Assembly: GCA_016937175.1 (NCBI GenBank)
Contig: JAFGWL010000056.1
Span: 166,845-230,844 of the forward strand
DNA: 64,000 nucleotides
Direction: 5' to 3'
Source of the DNA: Candidatus Mcinerneyibacteriota bacterium
GTDB lineage: Bacteria > Macinerneyibacteriota > Macinerneyibacteria > Macinerneyibacteriales > DSCS01
Shown here: one piece after another, positions 36,256 to 46,167 of the stretch
Layout: each line of letters starts with the position of its first letter
Position numbering within the stretch: the first letter of the stretch is position 1
Translations under genes and position numbers: made by a program
Notes under the pieces: model-generated
Database searches by the model: none
Seen by the model: only the letters and a program-made list of their open reading frames with translations
What the model was told of the DNA's origin: nothing

Positions 36256-37023
36256 ATGATTACTGCATTTTATCAATTTCATCCCCTTTTCGGGGAGCGG
36301 GATAAAAACCTCCAGATGATCCGGGCAGGGACAAAAAAGAGGGAGTTCGACCTGCTTGTCCTTCCGGAACTCTGCACCACGGGATATGCCCTGGCCCCTG
36401 AGGAACGTGACCTCCTGAGTGAACCGATCCCGGACGGCCCTACGACCTCATTTTTCCTCCGTTACTCGCGGGAAAAGAAGATTACCATCGTCTGGGGAAT
36501 GGCCGAGCGCGATGGAGATCGCTTCTTTAACAGCGCCGTCCTGGTCCATAACGGCTTCTTTTTGGGAAAATACAGAAAAATCCATCTTTTTCTTGATGAA
36601 AAAGACCTCTTTTCTCCCGGCGACCTTCCTCTGACCGTCTGGGATGTCGACGGCATACGGATCGGAGTCATGATCTGTTTCGACTGGGCCTTCCCTGAAG
36701 CAGCCCGGACTCTGGCGTTCAGGGGCGCTCAAGTAATCGCCCATCCTGCCAATCTTGTCCTGCCCCTGTGTCAGAAAGCCATGCCTGTCCGGGCTCTGGA
36801 AAACCGCATCTTTACCGTGACCGCAAACAGAACGGGGAAAGAGCACGGACTCCGATTTACCGGAAAAAGCCTGATCTGCGGCCCCGACGGGAAGATCCTC
36901 TCCCGGGCCCGCAAGAGCAACTCTTTCGGTTCTGCAGAAATCGACCCTGCCCAAGCCTCGGATAAGAAAGTGACTCCTCGAAACTCTGTCTTCGAAGACC
37001 GCAGGCCGTCATTTTACCTTTGA
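36256..37023 (+). CDS. carbon-nitrogen hydrolase family protein (nitrilase/amidase superfamily)
   Basis: 255 aa. N-terminal LLVLPELCTTGY (catalytic Glu), catalytic Cys region GVMICFDWAFPE and catalytic Lys context (FLGKYRKIHLF). Confidence 0.8.
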   Translation: MITAFYQFHPLFGERDKNLQMIRAGTKKREFDLLVLPELCTTGYALAPEERDLLSEPIPDGPTTSFFLRYSREKKITIVWGMAERDGDRFFNSAVLVHNGFFLGKYRKIHLFLDEKDLFSPGDLPLTVWDVDGIRIGVMICFDWAFPEAARTLAFRGAQVIAHPANLVLPLCQKAMPVRALENRIFTVTANRTGKEHGLRFTGKSLICGPDGKILSRARKSNSFGSAEIDPAQASDKKVTPRNSVFEDRRPSFYL

Positions 37024-37034
37024 AAGGAGCCTGT

Positions 37035-38621
37035 ATGGAAAACAGGAGCATTTATGACCAACGTCTGACAGAAATGCTTGATAAAGTCGCTGATGAGATC
37101 AAAAACTACTCTATCAGCTTCATCAGCCATATCAAGAAACTCGCTGAGATCGGGATCTCCCTCACTTCAGAGAAGAATATCACCAAGATCCTTGAAATGA
37201 TCGTAGAAGAGGCCAAAAACTTTACCAATGCTGATGCCGGGACGCTCTACTCGGTGAGTGGAGACCGCCTGATCTTCGAGATCCTCTACAACGATACTCT
37301 GGGTATTAAACAGGGCGGAACAACGGGAACTCCCATCAAACTTCCCCCTGTCCCCATCCACGAACAGAATGTCTCAGGCTATGTGGCCAAAAAAGGAGAG
37401 ATCATCAATATTCCTGATGTCTATAAAGACAACTCCTTTGATTTTACTGGCCCCAAAAAATATGATGCCCAGACCGGCTACCGCTCCCGTTCTTTTCTGG
37501 TAGTCCCCCTCCGGGACCATGAGAATACCATCATCGGGGTCCTTCAGCTCATCAACGCCAAAAACAAAGATACCGGCGAAGTCATCCCCTTTGCCCCTGA
37601 ATATGAGGATATCATCTATTCCCTTGCCTCTCAGGCTGCCGTGGCCATCACCAATGCCCAGCTGATCAAGGACATAGAGCAGATGCTCAACTCCTTTGTC
37701 AAAGTCATGGCCACAGCCATTGATGAACGGACTCCCTACAACAGGGACCATACCGCCCGTGTGGCCTGTTATACGGTAGCCCTGGCCAGCCGCATCAATG
37801 AGATCAGCGAGGGTAAGTACAAAGACCTCTATTTCACCGAAGAGAAACTGGCCGAGTTGAATATGGCCGCCTGGCTTCATGATGTAGGAAAAGTGACCAC
37901 CCCGGATATTGTGATGGATAAATCGACCAAGCTGGAATGCAAGATGGACCGTCTGGAACTGATCCTTCAGCGCATAGAACTTTTGCGAAAAGACTGCAGC
38001 CTCCAGGAGCTTTCCGGGACACTGGACGAGAAAAAAGCCAAAGAGATGCTGGAGCGCCTTTCCCGTTATGAAGATTTTCTCATCAAAGCCAATCAGCCGG
38101 CAGAATCCCTGAATAAATCCGATCTTGCCCTGCTTGACGAGATCCGCGCCTTTCGTTTTAAGGACCACATGGGAATCCCCCGGCAGGTGATCACAGAAGA
38201 GGAGTATACCAATCTCTCTATTCCGCGGGGGACTCTCAACCCCGAGGAAAGGGCCATTATGGAAAACCATGTCCTGGTCACCGAAAAGCTTCTGACCAAC
38301 ATGCCCTTTATCAAAAAATATAAAAATGTTCCCGAGATCGCTTCCTCCCATCATGAAAAGATCGACGGCAGCGGCTACCCCCATCATCTGAAAGGCGAAG
38401 AGATCCCCATCGGCGGAAAGATCATGGCCATTGCTGACTTTTTCGATGCCCTGACCGCAAGTGACCGCCCCTATAAAAAGGCCATGACTCCCGACCAGGC
38501 CTTTGAGATCCTGGAAAAAAGCGCTGAGCGGGGAGAAGTGGATAAAGAACTTTTACAGATCTTCCGTGACAGCAAGATCTATGCAACGGATACACACAAG
38601 AAAGGAGTCTTTGAGACATGA
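37035..38621 (+). CDS. GAF-domain HD-GYP phosphodiesterase (c-di-GMP)
   Basis: ORF 37020-38621; ATG at 37035 after GAAAGGAG. GAF N-terminus; HD motif WLHDVGK and GYP motif HHEKIDGSGYP separated by an unusually long (~150 aa) helical insert. Confidence 0.8.
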   Translation: MENRSIYDQRLTEMLDKVADEIKNYSISFISHIKKLAEIGISLTSEKNITKILEMIVEEAKNFTNADAGTLYSVSGDRLIFEILYNDTLGIKQGGTTGTPIKLPPVPIHEQNVSGYVAKKGEIINIPDVYKDNSFDFTGPKKYDAQTGYRSRSFLVVPLRDHENTIIGVLQLINAKNKDTGEVIPFAPEYEDIIYSLASQAAVAITNAQLIKDIEQMLNSFVKVMATAIDERTPYNRDHTARVACYTVALASRINEISEGKYKDLYFTEEKLAELNMAAWLHDVGKVTTPDIVMDKSTKLECKMDRLELILQRIELLRKDCSLQELSGTLDEKKAKEMLERLSRYEDFLIKANQPAESLNKSDLALLDEIRAFRFKDHMGIPRQVITEEEYTNLSIPRGTLNPEERAIMENHVLVTEKLLTNMPFIKKYKNVPEIASSHHEKIDGSGYPHHLKGEEIPIGGKIMAIADFFDALTASDRPYKKAMTPDQAFEILEKSAERGEVDKELLQIFRDSKIYATDTHKKGVFET

Positions 38622-39262
38622 TCAACGACATCGCCATCATCCCCCTGCAGATACTGGCCCTTCTCTATGCCATTGTCATCCACGAGTGGGCCCACGGGTT
38701 TGCCGCTTATAAGATGGGAGACAATACAGCCTACTATATGGGCCGGCTCACGCTGAACCCCATACGGCATATGGATCTCTTCGGCACGGTCCTTCTGCCC
38801 CTTCTTCTCATCGTCACCCGCTCTCCTATCCTGTTCGGCTGGGCCAAGCCTGTTCCCGTCAATCCCAATAATTTCAGGGACTTCAAAAAGGGTGAAGTAG
38901 TGGTCTCTCTTGCGGGGGTCACAGCCAACATCCTTTCTGCGCTGCTCTTCACAGCCCTGGTCTTTATTCTCCGTCCCTATTCGCGGACCCCTTTTGTCCA
39001 GCCGATGATCTTCTTTTTCATCATCGCATCGGTGATCAATGTCATCCTTTTCGCCTTCAACCTTATCCCGATTCCGCCGCTGGACGGCTCTCATATCCTC
39101 ATGCTTCTTTTACCTCCCAAGCAGGCTATGGTCTTCAACCGGATCGCACCCTACGGTTTTGTCATCATCCTGGGACTTCTTCTTGTGGGCGTTATCGACG
39201 TCTACCTGCGCCTTGTCCTGAACCTTTACTTCACCCTGACAGGCCTGCCCCTGATCTTTTGA
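38618..39262 (+). CDS. site-2 protease family (M50) membrane metalloprotease
   Basis: 214 aa. HExxH VIHEWAHGF inside a TM helix and second zinc-ligand region LIPIPPLDGSHIL; ATGA overlap with HD-GYP. Confidence 0.75.
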   Translation: MINDIAIIPLQILALLYAIVIHEWAHGFAAYKMGDNTAYYMGRLTLNPIRHMDLFGTVLLPLLLIVTRSPILFGWAKPVPVNPNNFRDFKKGEVVVSLAGVTANILSALLFTALVFILRPYSRTPFVQPMIFFFIIASVINVILFAFNLIPIPPLDGSHILMLLLPPKQAMVFNRIAPYGFVIILGLLLVGVIDVYLRLVLNLYFTLTGLPLIF

Positions 39263-40065
39263 TCCCTATGGTAAATCTGGAAAACATGACGCCGTTTACC
39301 GAGATTCCTCAGGGAGAGCTCTCCGGCCCCTTTCACCGGGATCCCGGAGGAGGGTTGTTTCTTCTCATAGAGATACCTCCAGAAGGGGTCCGAAGCCTTA
39401 TTGACGGGCTTCTTTCCCTGGGAGGGACGAAGAGCAGCCCTGATACCGTCCGGCTTATCATCACCGTCCATCAGAAAGAGGCCCCTCTCCTCCTTACGGA
39501 ACAGTTCCTCAGCCTTTCCCGTACAAAAGAGAAATATGCCGAATTCTTTTCAGGGGAAAGACAATCCATGGCCTTTTTCTATTCGTCAGAAGGCAAACGC
39601 TTCTTTATCCTGGCCAGGCAAGTCCGACTTGACGAAAGCCTTAAAGAAGAGCTTCTGGCCATGAGAGACCCCTCTTATCCTGCCGTTCACCGGATCCCCC
39701 TCTCCCAGGCGGATCTCACACCCTTCCTCAAACCTTTCTATTTTTTCTATCGGTTTGAAGAAAATGCTCTCACAGACCCGTCTCTTTTGAGAAGATTGGA
39801 TGACGGCGCCCTCTTGTCGGGCCCTTTCACCCTCTGGACAGGACGGGATCACGAAGGTTCTTTTCTCCTTTCAGACACTCCGCTAAGATCCCTTGCGCCT
39901 GAAAAGGAAAACTGTCACCCACTGGAGGAAGCAGCCCTGCCCTATGCTTTTTCAACGACAGCGGGGATCATATTCAGGATCATTATCGACAAGGAGGGAC
40001 TGAAAGAATTGAAAGCAAAAGGAGACTGCAAAAAGTATGAAGAAAGATATCCTTTCTGGAATTAG
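39259..40065 (+). CDS. hypothetical protein
   Basis: 268 aa, soluble, no motif recognised; 4-nt overlap with the upstream gene and 29-nt overlap with the downstream gene. Confidence 0.5.
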   Translation: MIPMVNLENMTPFTEIPQGELSGPFHRDPGGGLFLLIEIPPEGVRSLIDGLLSLGGTKSSPDTVRLIITVHQKEAPLLLTEQFLSLSRTKEKYAEFFSGERQSMAFFYSSEGKRFFILARQVRLDESLKEELLAMRDPSYPAVHRIPLSQADLTPFLKPFYFFYRFEENALTDPSLLRRLDDGALLSGPFTLWTGRDHEGSFLLSDTPLRSLAPEKENCHPLEEAALPYAFSTTAGIIFRIIIDKEGLKELKAKGDCKKYEERYPFWN

Positions 40066-41947
40066 CATTTCCCTCCTCCTTTTCTTCCTCTTCTATATCC
40101 CCGGCTGCTCCCTGATCAGGCGGCCCTCTCCTCCCCGCCCCTATTACACACTGGCCCTTGAAAAACTCGCTGAAAAAGAACCCTCTGCAGCCGCCAGGCT
40201 CCTCTTATCCGTAAGCCCCGATGAGGAAATCTACCCGGCTGCTCTCATCCGGGGGCTGGAAGCCGCCCGAGGGAAAGACGATGACCTCTATGCCCGGTTC
40301 CTTTCCCGCCTGGCAGGGATCCTGCCCCGTTACCCCTTCCTGGATGACTACTACTATTTTGCCCTCATGCGTCAGCAGGCTGACCGGGGGGATTACAGCT
40401 ATCTTCTGACCTATAGGGATTATTTTGACCTTGTCGAAGAAGAGGACCTCTATAAGGAGCTCCTGTTTTTCCATGTGAAAGCCCTCATGAAAGCCGGAAT
40501 GGAAGAAGAGGCTCTAAGAGAAGCGATTTCCCTCTATCCGAGACGCCTTCCGGGGAAAGAACGGGAAATCCTGGAGGAGCTGATCATCTCTCTTCTTCAA
40601 AAGGATTCCCTCTCTCTTCAGGGCCCCGAATGGAGCCTCTTGTCCCGCCTTCCCTTACGTACTTCACGGGTAAGACAAATTCTGTCCCGTCACTATGAAG
40701 ACACTCGTTTCTGGTGGGAGACGGCCTCGCGCTTCCTCTCCCTGCGTGAACTGACCGCCATAGGCGGTGAAAAAAACGGCTATATCCTGGCGCGCCGTCT
40801 CAACGGATCCCCTTCCAATGACCGCGTGCGGAACCTTATCGCCGGCTATCTGGATGACCCTGCCCTGAAATACCCCTCTCCCCTGGCTGCTCTCTTTCTT
40901 TCTCTTTTCCCCGATGACCTCAGGAGCTTCTCTTTTTTCCCTCTGCTGGATGATGAAGCTTCCGAAAAAGCAGCCGGGCGGTTGTTCAAAGCCCTTCTGG
41001 AAGAACGCCGTTACGATACTCTGAAGAAATGGCTCTCGGCGTGGAACCGGGAAGAAGAAACCTTCAGCAACGAAACCCGGTCCCGTTTCCTCTTCTGGGA
41101 GACTCTCTTAAATATACAAGAGAGGGGGCTGACGCCGGAAGATGAGGATAGGCTTGCCGAATGCAGCCGCCTGGCACCTCTGTCCTATTACCATATCCGG
41201 GCTGCCCGCCTCCTGGGCCTTTCTCCCCTGGACCCCCGCCTCTTCTCGCCCTCACAGACACGAAACCGGCCGGACCCGAAAATGGACTCTCTCCTCACGG
41301 CCCTGGATGCCTATGACGACACCGAGGGGATCCGGCTGATCCAACTTTCCATCGATAACGACCATTTCTTCGACAATCTTCCTTTGTTTATGGATCTCTA
41401 TGCCCAAGAGCATGAATATGACTGGATGATCCTGAGCGCCCGCTACCTCTGGAAGGCTGAAGGCCCCTCAGAAAGGCTGCTCCCCTATCTCTATCCCCGC
41501 GGTTTCGAAGAAGAGATCCGTTCCCACAGCGCCATGTCTGCAGAAAAAACCCCCCTGGTCTTTGCTGTCATCCATCAGGAAAGCCGTTTTTCTCCTTCAG
41601 CGGTCTCACGGGCAGGAGCCCGCGGACTCATGCAGCTGATGCCTGCCACTTTCCAAGGCCTGGTACAGGCCGCCGGGGAAGCAGACAAGGAACAGGACCC
41701 GTTTGACATCCATACCAATATCAAAGCCGGCACCCTCTATCTGAGGAGGCTTCTGGGCCGGTTCACAGAAAGAGAATATGCCCTGGCTGCTTATAATGCC
41801 GGTCCTCACCGGCTTCAACTCTGGAGAGAGGAGTTCGGTTCACGCCCTCCTGAAGAGTTCGTCGAACTCATCCCCTTCACCGAGACAAGAAATTATATCT
41901 ACAGGGTCATCGCCCTGGAAGAGATCTACCGGGCCCTTGGCCCGTGA
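40037..41947 (+). CDS. soluble lytic murein transglycosylase (Slt70-like: superhelical N-domain + SLT domain)
   Basis: 636 aa with signal peptide/lipobox-like N-terminus (PGCS). Catalytic SLT domain AVIHQESRFSPSAVSRAGARGLMQLMPAT ... AYNAGPHR. Confidence 0.8.
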   Translation: MKKDILSGISISLLLFFLFYIPGCSLIRRPSPPRPYYTLALEKLAEKEPSAAARLLLSVSPDEEIYPAALIRGLEAARGKDDDLYARFLSRLAGILPRYPFLDDYYYFALMRQQADRGDYSYLLTYRDYFDLVEEEDLYKELLFFHVKALMKAGMEEEALREAISLYPRRLPGKEREILEELIISLLQKDSLSLQGPEWSLLSRLPLRTSRVRQILSRHYEDTRFWWETASRFLSLRELTAIGGEKNGYILARRLNGSPSNDRVRNLIAGYLDDPALKYPSPLAALFLSLFPDDLRSFSFFPLLDDEASEKAAGRLFKALLEERRYDTLKKWLSAWNREEETFSNETRSRFLFWETLLNIQERGLTPEDEDRLAECSRLAPLSYYHIRAARLLGLSPLDPRLFSPSQTRNRPDPKMDSLLTALDAYDDTEGIRLIQLSIDNDHFFDNLPLFMDLYAQEHEYDWMILSARYLWKAEGPSERLLPYLYPRGFEEEIRSHSAMSAEKTPLVFAVIHQESRFSPSAVSRAGARGLMQLMPATFQGLVQAAGEADKEQDPFDIHTNIKAGTLYLRRLLGRFTEREYALAAYNAGPHRLQLWREEFGSRPPEEFVELIPFTETRNYIYRVIALEEIYRALGP

Positions 41948-43140
41948 AAGGAGAAGTCCTGAAATACGATTTTGATAAAATCGTGGACAGACTGGGGACA
42001 GACAGTGTCAAATGGGACGGGACAGAGGGCCTCTTCCAGAAGAAAGGGCTGCTCCCTCTCTGGGTGGCTGATATGGACTTTCCTTCTCCCCCTGAAGTCA
42101 CCCGGGCCCTCGTAAAAAGGGCCCGCCATCCGGCCTACGGCTATACACTCACAAGCAGCCGGTATTATGCTGCTGTCCGTCATTGGCTTTTCAGGCGGTT
42201 CCGGTGGGAAGTAGCAGAAGAAGATATTCTGACGACCCCCGGGATAGTCACAGCCTTAGCCCTTTGTGTAGAGGCCTTTACAGCCATCGGAGACGAAGTC
42301 ATCATCCAGCCCCCGGTCTATCCCCCCTTTTTCTCAGTGGTCAATCAAGCCCGCCGGCGCCTTCTCTTAAACCCTCTCTGTGAAGCAGAGGGAACATATC
42401 GCATGGATCTGGATGATTTAAAGAAGAAGATCTCTCCCAAGACAAAACTCCTGCTCCTCTGCAGTCCCCACAATCCCGTGGGGCGGGTCTGGTCAAGGCA
42501 GGAACTGGAAGATCTGGGAGAAATCTGCGAAAAACACGGGATCATCGTGGTCTCCGATGAGATCCATGCCGACCTCGTCTTTTCGGGGCATACTCATATT
42601 CCTACTGCCCGAAGCCATCCCGGACTCGCCGGACGGACTGTTACCTGCACCTCCCCGAGCAAGACCTTCAATATCCCGGGCCTCTACGGCTCCAACATCA
42701 TCATCTCTGATGCAGCGCTTAAAAAAGCCTACCAGGCTGTTTTGGAACGCTTCCACCTCTCCTCCCTTAACATCTTTGCCCTGGAAGCGGCCGTTGCAGC
42801 CTACTCCTTCGGAGAGCCCTGGCTTGAAAGCCTGCTGGAATACCTTTATAAGAATCTTCATTATCTGAAAAAGCGTCTTGACAAGATCCCGGGCATCGAA
42901 TTTTCAGTTCTCCCTCAGGGAACTACCCTCGCCTGGGTAAGTTTCAAGCCCTGGATGGAAAAAGGGCTGGATGTTAAAGAGATCGTCACAGGACGGGCCG
43001 GAATCGCACTGAATGACGGAATCGACTTCGGGGAACCCGGAAACGGATATATGCGGCTGAACTTCGCCTGTCCCAGGCCGCTGCTCAGGCATGCCCTGGA
43101 CCGCCTGGAAAAGGCGGCCCGCTTCGTTTGGCCCGAATAG
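41944..43140 (+). CDS. PLP-dependent C-S lyase / aminotransferase (PatB/MalY family)
   Basis: 398 aa, GTG start overlapping the Slt stop (GTGA). N-terminus YDFDKIVDRLGTDSVKW and PLP-lysine region CTSPSKTFNIPGL. Confidence 0.8.
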   Translation: MKGEVLKYDFDKIVDRLGTDSVKWDGTEGLFQKKGLLPLWVADMDFPSPPEVTRALVKRARHPAYGYTLTSSRYYAAVRHWLFRRFRWEVAEEDILTTPGIVTALALCVEAFTAIGDEVIIQPPVYPPFFSVVNQARRRLLLNPLCEAEGTYRMDLDDLKKKISPKTKLLLLCSPHNPVGRVWSRQELEDLGEICEKHGIIVVSDEIHADLVFSGHTHIPTARSHPGLAGRTVTCTSPSKTFNIPGLYGSNIIISDAALKKAYQAVLERFHLSSLNIFALEAAVAAYSFGEPWLESLLEYLYKNLHYLKKRLDKIPGIEFSVLPQGTTLAWVSFKPWMEKGLDVKEIVTGRAGIALNDGIDFGEPGNGYMRLNFACPRPLLRHALDRLEKAARFVWPE

Positions 43141-43142
43141 GC

Positions 43143-43490
43143 TTACTCTTTTTTCTTCCCGCCGTCTATGATCTTCTGGGCCTCTTCGGCCTTCTTGACG
43201 ATCCACCGTCCGATATTGAGAGCCGCCCGGGGTGTCAAAGCAACCTTGGCTACCACTTCGCGGATCACATCGGAGCCTTCTTCAAAATCGAGAGGCCTTT
43301 CATTTCCGAAGAGATGGTGTTCGATATGTTCGATCTCCAGAGACGTCGGCATGGATTTCCTGTCAAAATAGAGGTTCAGCGTCAGCAGGCCATCGGGAGA
43401 GATCCCCCCGAAGATCCCGTTGACCACCGGAGTGAACTCAAATTCCTCCAGATTTCTGTAAGAGATCTTCAGCTTTTTTCCCTCTTCCAT
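43143..43490 (-). CDS. hypothetical small protein (115 aa), Lys-rich C-terminus
   Basis: Complete ORF convergent with the aminotransferase (2-nt gap); function not recognised. Confidence 0.5.
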   Translation of the reverse strand: MEEGKKLKISYRNLEEFEFTPVVNGIFGGISPDGLLTLNLYFDRKSMPTSLEIEHIEHHLFGNERPLDFEEGSDVIREVVAKVALTPRAALNIGRWIVKKAEEAQKIIDGGKKKE

Positions 43491-43512
43491 GATTCCTCCT
43501 TTGGTAAGTGAA

Positions 43513-43547
43513 GATTTCCCGCCTGCGTACTTCCTCTGCGGGAAATC
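43513..43547 (+). promoter_or_regulatory. 10-bp perfect inverted repeat in the divergent intergenic region
   Basis: GATTTCCCGC-N15-GCGGGAAATC, immediately upstream of the DUF47/PiT -35 and inside the 5-prime UTR of the minus-strand 115-aa gene. Confidence 0.4.
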
Positions 43548-43551
43548 CGTG

Positions 43552-43579
43552 TTGACATCAACTCAATTTACCATAAAAT
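43552..43579 (+). promoter_or_regulatory. sigma70-like promoter for the DUF47-PiT operon
   Basis: TTGACA (43552-43557), 16-nt spacer, TAAAAT (43574-43579), ~24 nt upstream of GGAGGAG and the ATG at 43603. Confidence 0.5.
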
Positions 43580-43602
43580 CTATGTATCGTGAAGGAGGAG
43601 TC

Positions 43603-44277
43603 ATGAAAAGTGCTTTTTTTATCCGTATGTTCCCTAAAGAGACCCCGATCCAACTGCTTATCGAACACGCGGCTGTCCTGGAAGAGATCAGCCGGCTCAT
43701 CAAACCCCTCATGGAAGCCTACTTTAACAATGAAGATATTCATGAGAGGATGAAGTTCATCTCCAAGCGTGAGAGTGACGCCGACGAGATCAAGTTCCAG
43801 ATCAGAAGGATGCTCTCCCAGAGTGTCCGGACCCCCTTTGCCGTCAAGGACATCCTGGACTACCTTCATCTTCAGGATTCTCTCATCGACCGCTTTGAGG
43901 ATGTGGCAAAAAAGCTCTCCCTGAACAAAGTGGAAGGGCTGGATGACTATATCAAGGATAAAGTCATGGAACTCGTGGATCAGGTGATCCAGTCCATCGA
44001 TTATCTGGAAGATATGATCCGGGAAGTACGGAAAGTCATAAGCTACTCTTTTGCTTCTAAACTTCTAAAAAAGGAAGCCAATAACTATGTCAAGATCGAA
44101 GATATTGAAAACAGGGTCGACGACCTTTCCATCGAGATCGGAAAGTGGATCTATTCAAAAAAGAAGGAGATCAACCCTTTAGACCTTGTATTTTTCCGGG
44201 AGACGGTCCTCATCCTGGTCCATATCACCGACAGAGCGGAAAACACCGCAGAGCTTTTAAAAGCTTTCTTGAAGTAA
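43603..44277 (+). CDS. DUF47-family (PhoU-like) phosphate-transport accessory protein
   Basis: ORF 43489-44277; ATG at 43603 after GGAGGAG. N-terminus FFIRMFPKE...LLIEHA and conserved DUF47 pairing with the PiT gene. Confidence 0.75.
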   Translation: MKSAFFIRMFPKETPIQLLIEHAAVLEEISRLIKPLMEAYFNNEDIHERMKFISKRESDADEIKFQIRRMLSQSVRTPFAVKDILDYLHLQDSLIDRFEDVAKKLSLNKVEGLDDYIKDKVMELVDQVIQSIDYLEDMIREVRKVISYSFASKLLKKEANNYVKIEDIENRVDDLSIEIGKWIYSKKKEINPLDLVFFRETVLILVHITDRAENTAELLKAFLK

Positions 44278-44287
44278 AGGAGATGAT

Positions 44288-45493
44288 ATGACGATTCTCA
44301 TCATCGCAGCGGTCATCGGGTTTGTCATGTCCATGGCCATCGGAGCCAATGACGTCGCGAACTCCATGGCCACCGCTGTAGGCGCTAAAGCCATCACCAT
44401 CAAACAGGCGGTGATCATAGCCGCCCTGCTGGAATTCACAGGAGCCTTCTTTTTCGGGAAGATGGTCACAGAGACCATCCGCAAAGGGATCGTAGATCCC
44501 TCTCTGATCAAAGAACCCAAGATCATGATCGCCGGAGCCTTCGCTGCCCTGGTCGCAGCCGCTATCTGGGTCTTTGTCTCCACCTTCTTCGCCCTTCCCA
44601 TATCCACGACCCATTCCATTGTAGGGGGAATGGCCGGTTTTGGAATCGTGGCCGTGGGATGGCATGCCATCAATTGGGGAAAGATGCTTTTTATCGTCTC
44701 CAGCTGGTTTCTCTCCCCTCTTCTCGGAGGGATCCTGGCCTATCTTGTCTTCCGGTTTATCTCCTGGGCCATCCTTCACCGGGAGTTTCCCCTGAATGCC
44801 GCGAAAAAAGTCGGCCCCTTCCTCATCGGGATCACCGTCTTTATTGTCATGCTGATGTTTTTCTCCAAGGCCCTTCATATGGATATCAACAGCAAACCCC
44901 TTCTCTGGTCCTCCCTTTTCGGCCTTGCCGCAACCGCTGTCAGCTTTTTTGTCCTGAAACGTGTAAAACCCAGAAACGATGAGTACCAAGCTGTCGAAGG
45001 GATCTTCCGCAGGATGCAGGTAGTGACCTCCTGCTATGTCTCTCTCTCCCATGGAGCTAACGATGTGGCCAACGCTATCGGGCCCCTGGCAGCCATCTAT
45101 GCCGTGGTGACCACCGGGGTCGTAGGAGCCCAGGCAGGGATCCCCAAATATCTCCTCGGGCTGGGCGGACTGGGAATCGCCCTTGGTGTCGCTGTCCTGG
45201 GATATCGGGTCATGCAGACGGTGGGAGATAATATCACAGAACTCAATAATACCCGGGGATTCTCCATTGATTTTTCTACAGCTACCACCGTTTTCCTGGC
45301 CTCTGTCTTCGGGCTCCCGGTCTCTTCAAGCCACACCGTTGTAGGCTCCATCGTGGGGGTAGGCATGGCCCGGGGGCTGGAAGCAATCAACCTGGATATT
45401 ATCAAAAAGATCGCTCTCTCCTGGCTCCTGACAGTACCTCTGGCAGCAGGGACGGCAGCGCTTCTGTTCAAACTCTTTATCGGGTGGTTTTAG
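44288..45493 (+). CDS. inorganic phosphate transporter, PiT family
   Basis: 401 aa. Duplicated PiT signature GANDVANSMATAVG and HGANDVANAIGPL, with ~10 TM helices. Confidence 0.85.
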   Translation: MTILIIAAVIGFVMSMAIGANDVANSMATAVGAKAITIKQAVIIAALLEFTGAFFFGKMVTETIRKGIVDPSLIKEPKIMIAGAFAALVAAAIWVFVSTFFALPISTTHSIVGGMAGFGIVAVGWHAINWGKMLFIVSSWFLSPLLGGILAYLVFRFISWAILHREFPLNAAKKVGPFLIGITVFIVMLMFFSKALHMDINSKPLLWSSLFGLAATAVSFFVLKRVKPRNDEYQAVEGIFRRMQVVTSCYVSLSHGANDVANAIGPLAAIYAVVTTGVVGAQAGIPKYLLGLGGLGIALGVAVLGYRVMQTVGDNITELNNTRGFSIDFSTATTVFLASVFGLPVSSSHTVVGSIVGVGMARGLEAINLDIIKKIALSWLLTVPLAAGTAALLFKLFIGWF

Positions 45494-45496
45494 ATT

Positions 45497-46156
45497 GTGA
45501 GAAGCCGTCTGCGGACCATCAAACTCCCCCCTGAACTGTGGGGCCGGTATGTCCTGCCCTTGGGAGAAGAGAAGATGTCTGATGAGCTGAGCTCCTATAT
45601 CGGGGAAAAAGGCCTTGTCATCGAATGCTGCTGCGGCAAAGGGGAATTCCTGGTTGAAGAGGCCCTTAAATATCCCGACAAGCATTTTCTCGGAATCGAT
45701 TATGCCTATCCTGTGGTCCAGAGAGCGGTAAAAAGGGCTCACCAACATGGGCTGGATAATATCCGCTTTCTTCATGCGACCATGGAGAAGGCTTTCTCCC
45801 TTATCCCGCGCACCGGACAGCTTGAACGCATCTATATCAATTTTTCCGATCCCTGGCCCAAAAAACGGCATTGGAAAAGACGAGTTGTTCAACAGGAGAC
45901 TCTGCGCCTTATCCACAATGTCATGGAGGAAGAGACTGTTCTCTACATCGTTACGGATCATCCCGGTTACAAGGAGTGGATCAGGGACCAGCTCGATCAG
46001 GCCTCCTCCCTTCTCAGACCCGTGGAAGAGGAGTGGGCTGTCGAAAACCTGGATGAGTTTCATGAATCGGATTATATGATGAAAGGATTGGCGAGGGGGT
46101 ATACCATCACCTTTTTTCTTGCCCGCCGGGCAGATACTCCCCGCCGCAATAATTGA
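45497..46156 (+). CDS. trmB: tRNA (guanine46-N7)-methyltransferase TrmB
   Basis: 219 aa, GTG start. SAM-binding LVIECCCGKGEF and the TrmB-specific INFSDPWPKKRH. Confidence 0.85.
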   Translation: MRSRLRTIKLPPELWGRYVLPLGEEKMSDELSSYIGEKGLVIECCCGKGEFLVEEALKYPDKHFLGIDYAYPVVQRAVKRAHQHGLDNIRFLHATMEKAFSLIPRTGQLERIYINFSDPWPKKRHWKRRVVQQETLRLIHNVMEEETVLYIVTDHPGYKEWIRDQLDQASSLLRPVEEEWAVENLDEFHESDYMMKGLARGYTITFFLARRADTPRRNN

Positions 46157-46167
46157 AGGAGGTCTTT

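Noticed and set aside
37374-38387. 337-aa minus-strand ORF
   Set aside because: Antisense to the HD-GYP gene, whose HD and GYP motifs define the real frame.
44225-45052. 275-aa Gly/Asp/His-rich minus-strand ORF
   Set aside because: Antisense to the PiT transporter gene, an artefact of GC-rich third positions.
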